61,196 nucleotides of DNA from Octopus bimaculoides. Lineage: Eukaryota. The stretch covers positions 84,719,590 to 84,780,785 of the forward strand of contig NC_068987.1 of the NCBI RefSeq assembly GCF_001194135.2, in the 5' to 3' direction. Below the pieces are notes generated by a model, which saw only the letters and a list, made by a program, of their open reading frames with translations, was not told the origin of the DNA and searched no databases. The position numbers and the translations under genes are program-made. Below are positions 52,140 through 61,196 of the stretch, piece after piece; position 1 is the stretch's first letter; every line of letters starts with the position of its first letter.

Positions 52140-52268
52140 ACAAAACTACTAACACATTATCATTATCATCTTTGTCGCCTTCGTCATCGCCGCTGCTGTT
52201 GTCATCGGCATTCTTATCAACAACATCATGGCCATCGTCATCGATGTCAGTGTCATCGTCAGCATGAA
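52140..52268. repeat. degenerate (ATC/GTC)n triplet region
   Basis: Low-complexity sequence producing a spurious Asp-rich ORF. Confidence 0.8.
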
Positions 52269-53150
52269 TATCACAAAAAAACAACAAAAAAAAACAAAAA
52301 AGAAACTTATAAGTCAAACCGATATTATATAAATGTACACAACATTGAAGACATGCGTACAAAGTATTTAACTCTATGAAAATCATAACATATTTGTCTG
52401 AAGAGAAAAGAGGGTAAATATGCATATAGATACATACATACATGAATATATATATATATACACAAATATGCATACACACATGTATATATGTATGTGTATA
52501 TATAACGAAATGATATAAAAAAAATACACGGGAAAACGAAATCGTCGCCATTTTTTTTTATTCGTGTGCATTCATTCATTTACTTATTTAATTATTTATT
52601 TATTCATTTGCTATGTCTATTTGTAATAAGATAATATATTTTATGTTCCACTGATAACTGACAATGCATTAAACCTGCTGCAACGAACAAAACGTAAAAA
52701 ATAGAGAAATATCTACGTATCCCCTTTGGTTCGTTTTTGTTGGTGTTTTTGATTTTAACTGTTCCGTTTTAGAATGTGTGTATAGCAGAAAAAGGGTTTT
52801 GATGAGTAAGGTCCTTCCTAATATTTCGGTGTTCACTGGACCCTAAAATGAAAGTAAAAAATGTGATGCTTTTCAGTTATTGACTTTCCGTCTTCATTCA
52901 TCATGATGCAATTTTCTTGATGGCAAAATATAAAAATAAAGAAAAACAAAATGGACAAATTCAAAATGATGCAAAATGAGACAAGAAAACAAATGAAAAA
53001 TAAATAAAAGGTCTTTTTCAATTGAATTATACATATTTATGCTCTTATTTTATTATATGGTATCTTTATTTTATTTTATTCATTTTTGTCTTACATAGCG
53101 ACCAGTCAACATTTGCCTCTTTCTATCTGTAGCTATGTCACGAGTCGTAT

Positions 53151-53345
<195 letters not shown>

Positions 53346-54344
53346 CTATGTATATCTATATCTATACATACATTTGTGTATGTATGTGAATATGCATTAT
53401 ATACATTAATATATGCGTAATTATATAAGTGCGCGTGCGCGCGTGTGTGTGCACGTAGGTTACAAAATGCAATAAATATGTAGTGACTGGGACAGCAGTT
53501 TTTGTTCCGCAACGACCATCAAAGATGTGACGATCGCGCATATTTCTGTGTTCGCGTTTAATTTACCCTCCACTATTGAAATATCTTTTTCATCGTCGTC
53601 GCTGTCGTCTTTATCATCATTGCTCTTCCTTCTTGGCATCAACATCACCATAATCATCACCATCATTATGCTTTTCACTGTCGTCTCCTTTCGTGTATTC
53701 CCTGTCTTCATCCTCCTCCTTATCGAAGGCATCATCATAGTATAATCAATGAGCCTTAGCGTCTTTGTTGCTCTCATCCAAAGGTTAGAATCCTTTGCTA
53801 CCAATTTCTAACACGAAATTGGGGAGTGCTAATGGAAAGCACTGCTAAGGTTTGTGTCAAACACAAGCATTGTAATTAAAATGTAATTGTGAATTCCGTG
53901 TGTGATAATAGTCAAGACAATCTCATTAGATCTACGTATCAGAAAACACACTCTTTTAAGTTTTTACTACGAAACCATTCTGGATTTGGCCTACAGCACT
54001 TCATCATGCGATGAACTAATAAGAAGATTAACGCGATGAAAGCCATTAGATTTGCAATGAGAAAAATCCTATTAATTTCAAGTCTTGCGAAACAAAGATT
54101 TTCTATACTCCTTATAGCGTTTCGACTTCAGTCTCTAAATTCGGAAAACCAATAACTCAAGGATAAACTAAAAGACTTCTTTAATTCCTAAGAAAAAAAA
54201 AAGAAGAAAAAAACAAGCGTAAATCATCGGCTCACACTTGCTCCTCTGTGTCATGGTGCCTCTGCATTGTTCGCGGCAAAATAGCCATAATACCGGTTTA
54301 TGAACTAAGTAATGGGAGGAATAGAGAAGAGGAAGTGGAATAAA

Positions 54345-54977
54345 GATTCTTCTTTTATTCTTTTGCTTGGGTCAGTTATTCAACTGTGGCCATGCTGGGG
54401 CAGTACTTGAAGGGTTTAATCGAATAAATTCACCCAAATAATTATTTTCCAAACTGCTAACTTATACACACACATTACACACACAAACAAACACATATAT
54501 NNNNNNNNNNNNNNNNNNNNNNNNNNNNNNNNNNNNNNNNNNNNNNNNNNNNNNNNNNNNNNNNNNNNNNNNNNNNNNNNNNNNNNNNNNNNNNNNNNNN
54601 NNNNNNNNNNNNNNNNNNNNNNNNNNNNNNNNNNNNNNNNNNNNNNNNNNNNNNNNNNNNNNNNNNNNNNNNNNNNNNNNNNNNNNNNNNNNNNNNNNNN
54701 NNNNNNNNNNNNNNNNNNNNNNNNNNNNNNNNNNNNNNNNNNNNNNNNNNNNNNNNNNNNNNNNNNNNNNNNNNNNNNNNNNNNNNNNNNNNNNNNNNNN
54801 NNNNNNNNNNNNNNNNNNNNNNNNNNNNNNNNNNNNNNNNNNNNNNNNNNNNNNNNNNNNNNNNNNNNNNNNNNNNNNNNNNNNNNNNNNNNNNNNNNNN
54901 NNNNNNNNNNNNNNNNNNNNNNNNNNNNNNNNNNNNNNNNNNNNNNNNNNNNNNNNNNNNNNNNNNNNNNNNNNNNN

Positions 54978-55031
<54 letters not shown>

Positions 55032-55335
55032 ATACACACACACACACACAAATATATATATATATATATTTATATACACACAGAAAGAGAGAAATAGATA
55101 GATAGATAGATACATACACACACACACACATACATACATACATATATACATACATGCATACTTACATACAAGCATGCATACATACATACATGCATGCATA
55201 CATACAACAGGCTTTCCCACTGTTTCTGTCTACCAAATTAACTCACAAAACGTTGGTCGCCCCGAGGCTCTAGCAGCACACACTTTGCCGAATATGCCTC
55301 ACAGTAAGAGTGACACCAGAATCACGTGACGGCAA
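54345..55335 (-). mobile_element. SINE family A, degraded, spanning a gap and an expanded microsatellite
   Basis: Tail CTGTGGCCATGCTGGGGCA left of the gap; head half CTACCAAATTAACTCACAAAACGTTGGTCG right of the gap. Confidence 0.65.
54501..54977. other. assembly gap
   Basis: N run. Confidence 0.98.
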
Positions 55336-55783
55336 ATCGACTAAGAAGACATAATGTTGAATATAAAATGTATAATATACAGGTTCGAATTGGATGAATA
55401 ACTGATGCCATTAGTGATTGCGCACCTGGACACATGACTATAGAAATGGGGTTCTGCATGCGCATACATATAAACTGTTCTACTGATATTCAATCTACAT
55501 AGGCATTTCGAATAACTTGAATAAATAGAGTCAATTTCACTGTCATTCTAAACTGACATTAGAAGTACCACCGAAAAAAATGTAATTTAACAAGTAAATA
55601 TTGCTTTTGTTGCTCTTGGTGAAGCTGTAGTTGACATGCTGCAGCGTAGCACCGTATCAAAACAGCCGTAAATGTCTCGTCTTCAATGACATTCTCTGTC
55701 AAGACCAGGCAAACCTCGGGTCTCTCTAACGCTTCGAATTTAGGTTCACTACTCATTTAGTTTTACTTGATCAATAGAATTAT

Positions 55784-56202
55784 AAGGCGGCGAGCTGGCA
55801 GAAACGTTTGCACGTCGAGCGGAATTTCGTCTGCCGTTACGTTCTGAGTTCAAATTCCGCCGAGGTCGAATTTGCCTTTTATCCTTTCGGGGTCGATAAA
55901 TTAAGTACCAGTTACGCACTGGGGTCGATGTAATCGACTTAATCCGTCTGTCTGTCCTTGTTTGTCCTCTCTATGTTTAGCCCCTTGTGGGCAATAAAGA
56001 AATAAGAAACGTTCGCACCCAGGGCGAAATACTTAGTGGTATTTCGTCTTTCTTTACGTTCTGAGTTAATATTTTGCCGAGGTCGACTTTGCCTTTTATC
56101 CTTTCGGGTCAATAAATTAAGTATCACTTACGTTTAGAGGTCGATCTAATTGACTGTACCACTCCCTAAAAATGTCGGGCCTTGTGCCTAGAGCAGAAAA
56201 GA
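55784..56202 (+). mobile_element. SINE family B dimer (long-tail unit plus 5'-truncated short-tail unit)
   Basis: Junction GGGCAATAAAGAAATAAG|AAACGTT is identical to that at 20562-20586. Confidence 0.92.
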
Positions 56203-56364
56203 ATATTTTGCTGCAAGGGATGGTTTGCATGTGTAAATATACACTTCCGAATAATATATATATATTATAATATTAGGGAATGTCAAAATCCAAACTTATA
56301 GGGATATTCAATTTAATAATACCAAATTGATTTTTATGATAAAAAATATATTAATAATTTAGAT

Positions 56365-56520
56365 AGTTCGTCTATACTTTCAGAATTCAAACTCTGCTGA
56401 GGACGACTTTTGCCTAACATCCTTTCGGTTACAATGAAAAAAGCACTACTCGTGTACTGGGGTCGACGTAATCGACTCAGTCCATCCCCACGATATTGCT
56501 GGCGAAAATTTAAAACCAAT
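56365..56520 (+). mobile_element. SINE family B, degraded
   Basis: TTCAGAATTCAAACTC...GTACTGGGGTCGACGTAATCGACT. Confidence 0.7.
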
Positions 56521-58414
56521 ATTTAATGTTTCTAAAGTAAAATTCAATAGATAATAATTTGAATCAAGGATATCACATGTATTATGAGTAGGAGCATGGG
56601 ATATTACCGATTCCACGATTCTCTTTAGATTGATATTCTGTCTCTTTATTTCTATGACATTCACAAATGCTTTGGGCCACAAATGCTTTGGGAATGGATG
56701 TTACAAGTTCACATCGCCACTTTCATACAATATGTAAAGTTTATGATCCCTATTGTACCAGAAAAAAAAAAGAATATTTTTGACAGCAAATTCGGATTCA
56801 TGTTTAAACACACTATTTAGACCGTACATCGTTTTAACAATTAAATAATAGCTTTCTTATTTAGCCAGACAAACCGGAATTTCTCGACTCTTTGACATTT
56901 ATGATGTCCCAAGAGCATTAATGACAGGAATAAACTGAAATAACTGCAACTGAGGATCGAAACTGTGTAACAAATTCTATGCAACGGGTGCTTAATTTCT
57001 CCCCTCCATTACTCATCCGTGCACTCGTAATATATTGCGATATAATCCCAAGTTCTTATTCAAGAAAATACAAAACAGAAAAACTAAAATACATTCGTCA
57101 TTTTAGCAGCCTTGACCAAGCACAAGTGCATTCTTTATTACACTTACTCTACTCCACGTTATTTAACTGTAAACTTTTTCTGTCTTCCTCTGTTATGTCC
57201 TCCATTTTGTATGCGATTGTCCAGCAGTAAGTTGAAGTCATTGTTCTGTAGAGCCATTCTCGTTTATTGTCCTTTTACACCGTCAATTTAACGATCTCTT
57301 AACAGTTACAGTGCACTTAGGCTTTTGTTTAATGGACCGGTCTGCGAGATATCATGTCTGCTGATGTGTAAATGTGCATCTCGGGAGAAAAAAATAGAAA
57401 AAAAAAGATAATGACTATATTTTCCCCTTAAGGTCACTCTCTGGGGGTCGTTAGACAAAGCCAAATGTCTGGGAAATGCTGTGGAAAGCAAAACAATATA
57501 TAAAGAAACATTAGAAAAACGCTTAATATCTCTATGTCCGAAAATTCCTACGATTCATTATTATTATTGTTTTTGTTTTTATTAATACTAATTTACTTTT
57601 CTTTCTGTCTTTTTTGTGTGTGTGTTTGCCATCCCAGCTAGTCCTGAATATCTTTTCAAATAACAACTCTAACAAATCACAATATTGAGATTGTGAAATA
57701 AAAATAGGTTAAATTGCGCTAATCTAAACGGTTTTTCTTTTCCTTTCTTTTTATTTATTTATTTATTTTTTTGTTTGTGTTGGCCTTTCTCTCAAAAGTT
57801 ATCCTTGCCTTCTAAAGTTAATCATTTAATATATTACGCAAATCGAAAAAACGTCAAGATGAATTAAGGATAAAGAAATAGACTTTCCTGGTTGAATAAA
57901 AAATATATTTATTGTCACATTTGTCCATGAAATCTACTCCCTGATTTGCTTAGCAATACACCCTCCATTTTTAAATAGCCCATTGGAAGCTTATTAGATT
58001 TTTGTCCGCTATCTTTTCATTTATTTTATTTAGGTTTTCCTGTGGAAATTATTGAAATGGAAATACGAGTTTTATTCTTCGATAAAAAGCCCATTGTAAC
58101 CGTGCAATAGCGGGAAGAGTAACCAACGGATCTGATACAATAAAAGTATGTGTTTTAATTAGGCGTTAGGAATGTGTACATAAAGATTATATTTGCATAG
58201 GAGATCAAATCTCTAACCAGGACAGATTTTACAATAAATTATTCGTATTACTGAATCCGTTCTGACATTGCATGCACATTGCCGTCTTCCAAACTACGTA
58301 GCACAAGAAAACGATAGTATTTACAAGAAAAATTACATTTAAGAATACAAGGCATTATAGTAACACTTTAACTATGGACACACGCAAAGACATATATATA
58401 TATATATGTATGTA

Positions 58415-58530
58415 TATCACGGTTTCGACCAGACTATCAGATGTTGTTATACATCGCTGATCACAATGCGCTTCGTAATTTTGTTAAGCTGTCGAATGAC
58501 TCCATGGTGAGCAAGCCATCATTCCACCCT
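58415..58530 (-). mobile_element. 3' tail fragment shared with 36912-37225
   Basis: CTATCAGATGTTGTTATACATCGCTGATCACAATGCGCTT. Confidence 0.5.
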
Positions 58531-58737
58531 TGTCAAAATATACGTTTCACAATGAATTGTTGGTTAGTTATATAGCGTTAATAAGAAAGGGAGATAAGAA
58601 AAGAATAAATGAGTGTCTTATCTACTTCATTAACCTTCAGACGTTTCTGTTATAAGATGCAGCGTAACTATGTCTCCACTTCATCTTATAGCAGAAACAG
58701 TTGCTAGCTTATATACATAAGCGACTAACTCACACAC

Positions 58738-58875
58738 ACTTCCAGTCTACAAAATTCACTCACGAAGCATTGGTCGACCCTAGGCTATAGTAGGAGACAA
58801 TTGCCCAAAGTGCCGTACAGTGGGTCCGACCAGGAAATCACGTGGCTGTTATGTCAGATACTTAGCCACTGAACG
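58738..58875 (-). mobile_element. SINE family A, 5' half, degraded
   Basis: AAATTCACTCACGAAGCATTGGTCGACCCTAGGCTATAGTAGGAGACAATTGCCCAAAGTGCC. Confidence 0.8.
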
Positions 58876-59717
58876 CCAGAAATAAATTTCATCTGACTTC
58901 GGAGGAAGGCGTTCATTATATTAACTTCAAATCATATAAGATGATATATTAGAATTGCCGTCAAAATTTACGCCAAAATACTTAAAGGTGTGGAACTGGC
59001 AAACATAGCAGAACGCTTCCTATAATCATTTCTAATTTCAAGTCTTGCAAATCTGTATCATTATTATTTCAAAATCCCATTTGGCACCAGGATTAAATTT
59101 GTCATTCTTTTAAGAACAAATGAAAATATATGTCAATTAATTCAGTTCAATATACGACTATTTACTCAAAAATTACGCGGGGTTTGGATAACACAGCGCA
59201 TGTTATTACAGTAGCAACATATGTAGATTTAAAGAGAAACACGTCTGTAATCTATTTACGAATTCTAAATGATGTTATTTCTGTTATCTCACCGAGGTAA
59301 TGATCTGTGTGATGATACGCATAATGTACTTTCTCGAAATAAGTAATCCACTGGCAAAACACTTTAAAACCGCCATTAAGTTTTCCTGTTTGGGTTTAGC
59401 TCCAGGTTAACTGAACACACAAATCTGCGATCAGAAAGTGTTGCAGTCACTACAATATTTTGATTTCGTCTATCACGGGAGGGTCATTAGGTTAATAACA
59501 AACACGTGCACGTCTTTATTTGTTATTTGTCAATTGGATTATTCATCAATCTCTTTATAATTCAACCAATTAACTAATTGACTGTTTAGTTAATTGTTCA
59601 GTTAACTAATCTCGCAGGTAAGATGTTCGCGTGAGTTCACATCAAAATTCTTTCAGACCAAATACAAAGTAAATACTGGAGACCATTTCAAGCAACTAAT
59701 ATTCTTTTCTGCTCTGA

Positions 59718-59835
59718 GCAGATGGCCCGAAATTTGGCGGGTAGGGGTCAGTCGATTAGGTCAACCCCAGTACGCTACTGGTACTTAGTTTATCGACCAC
59801 GGAAAGATGAAAGGCAAAGTCAACATCGGTGGGAA
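59718..59835 (-). mobile_element. SINE family B, 3' half
   Basis: GGCCCGAAATTTGG...CCCCAGTACGCTACTGGTACTTAGTTTATCGACC. Confidence 0.85.
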
Positions 59836-59865
59836 TTTGAATCAAGCAACTAATATTACATTACA

Positions 59866-60065
59866 TGATGGCGGCGAACTGGCAGTATTGCTACATGTCA
59901 CGCAAAATGTGTAGCGGCATTTCGTCTGAGTTTAAATTCCACCGAAATCGACCTAGCCTTTAATTCTCGAGAGTCGATAAAATAAGTACCCGTTAAGCAT
60001 GTGGGTAGATGTAATCGAGTAGTCCCCTGCCCCAAAGTTAAGGTCTTGTATTTACAGTAGAAAGA
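59866..60065 (+). mobile_element. SINE family B, degraded, head-to-head with the previous copy
   Basis: GGCGGCGAACTGGCAG...GTCGATAAAATAAGTACC...CAGTAGAAAGA. Confidence 0.78.
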
Positions 60066-60233
60066 AATATTTCATTATCTGTTGTTGAATTGATATCTTT
60101 CTGCTTGGGTTGTGCTCTAATAAATTATTGGTTCTTATTCTTGGAGGTCGAAAAACCACGTACTTCGAGCGTTTGCAATCATTAACTTTAGTTTTACACG
60201 CGCAAAGAAATTTATGATAAGTTATTATAATAA

Positions 60234-60475
60234 ATTTTATTGCGTCTGTGGAGAGGCATTCTGTTTTAATGTCTTGCAAATTAACACATTCACCGGTTCG
60301 ATTTCCGCTCATTTACTTATCTATTTTTCCAAAAAGTTTCGTTGCTTTTTGCAACCTCTTCAATTGCAAAAAGCAACGAAAAGTTTAGAAAACATAAATA
60401 GGTAATGAGTGAACATCGAACCAGTGAGTGTGTTAATTAATAAAACAGAACGAATCTCCCCAGACGCAATAAAAT
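60234..60475. mobile_element. ~240 bp foldback (palindromic) element, MITE-like
   Basis: Arms 60234-60354 and 60364-60475 are reverse complements; the inner 18 bp are perfect around a 9-nt loop. Confidence 0.85.
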
Positions 60476-60820
60476 ATGCTTCTTCAACCCACGAATTCCC
60501 ATAAGGAATCTTGCAAACCAAATACAAGAACGAAATATTATGATAAAATTTCCACATAATTATTCAGGAAGAAAATAAAATATTCTTATATGAGAATATC
60601 GATGGATAATTTGACCATGAAATGGTAGTTTAGAAATATATTTTTGTCGATGAAGCAATGCTAATAGAAAATCTTACAATACTGTATATGTTTGATCCAG
60701 TATTGCTGCTAAATTTCAATCTCATTTTACCAAGAAACGATAATGATTATTCAAAGGAGAATCTTTTGCGCTCTTGGCATAGTTCTCGACCAGTTACTGG
60801 ATACATAAATGATGAAAACA

Positions 60821-61170
60821 CTTAAACTATGTGGAGGGACATGTGAAATAACTGAACAAGAAGCAACCATCGGTGGGAAAGGGAAGGAATGGAAAGTGAG
60901 TGCAAACATGTGTTTCGAAATAAAAATCTCACCTACTTCATCACAAGCCCATAATACAACGGGAATTACATTGAGGATATAAGGACAAAACTTACGAACC
61001 GTGTAAACGTGCATAAGCAGCAGATTAAACCTTCAGCTCTGAGAAATTTTCCATGAAGGTAAAACCTAGATATTTGTGCAAATGGAATATTTATAATATT
61101 TTCCTTTTACAAAATAAAGGACGAAAATTGAACAGCACCGAAAGAGAAATGATTAAAAGATTTCTAGAAG
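60821..61170 (+). mobile_element. Penelope-like retroelement remnant: Cys linker and GIY-YIG endonuclease region
   Basis: LKLCGGTCEITEQEATIGGKGKEWKVSANMCFEIK, then after a frameshift NLTYFITSP*YNGNYIEDIRTKLTNRVNVHKQQIK, then LDICANGIFIIFSFYKIKDEN. This matches the NVIY...C..C...YIG.T...L..R...H pattern of PLE endonucleases. Confidence 0.78.
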
Positions 61171-61196
61171 ATTTATATATATATATATATATATAT

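Noticed and set aside
56951-56966. CTGAGGATCGAAAC hammerhead-like words
   Set aside because: Only 2 nt lie between the core and GAAA, so stem II cannot form.
59309-59415. GTGATGA...CTGA as a C/D box snoRNA
   Set aside because: Terminal stem of only 3 bp, no clear C'/D' boxes, and no recognisable rRNA antisense element.
59567-59596. 11-bp hairpin CAATTAACTAA/TTAGTTAATTG
   Set aside because: Very AT-rich, so plausible by chance at this window size.

Overview
This is AT-rich eukaryotic (metazoan) non-coding DNA from a gapped short-read assembly, with 11 N-gaps, most flanked by (AT)n or (CA)n tracts. The SINE families resemble ones I recall from octopus genomes; I ran no search, so the organism call is inference. 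I cannot identify any host protein-coding gene, rRNA, intact tRNA gene or CRISPR array. Most ORFs in the supplied track are artefacts of microsatellites, gaps or SINEs. What can be supported: (1) about 35 copies of at least three tRNA-headed SINE-like families; (2) three decayed Tc1/mariner elements, one full length with both TIRs; (3) an N-terminal fragment of a Cys-rich transposase-like protein; (4) a piggyBac-type MITE; (5) a ~240 bp foldback element; (6) a decayed Penelope-like GIY-YIG endonuclease region. The most interesting signal is two families of short non-autonomous elements carrying minimal type I hammerhead-ribozyme-like motifs. One is a tRNA-headed element in a head-to-head palindrome (22877-23239). 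The other has three copies that all show an atypical CUGU core instead of CUGA. A candidate TATA/Inr/ATG/GT first exon lies at 13269-13394. Repeat boundaries were read by eye and are approximate.
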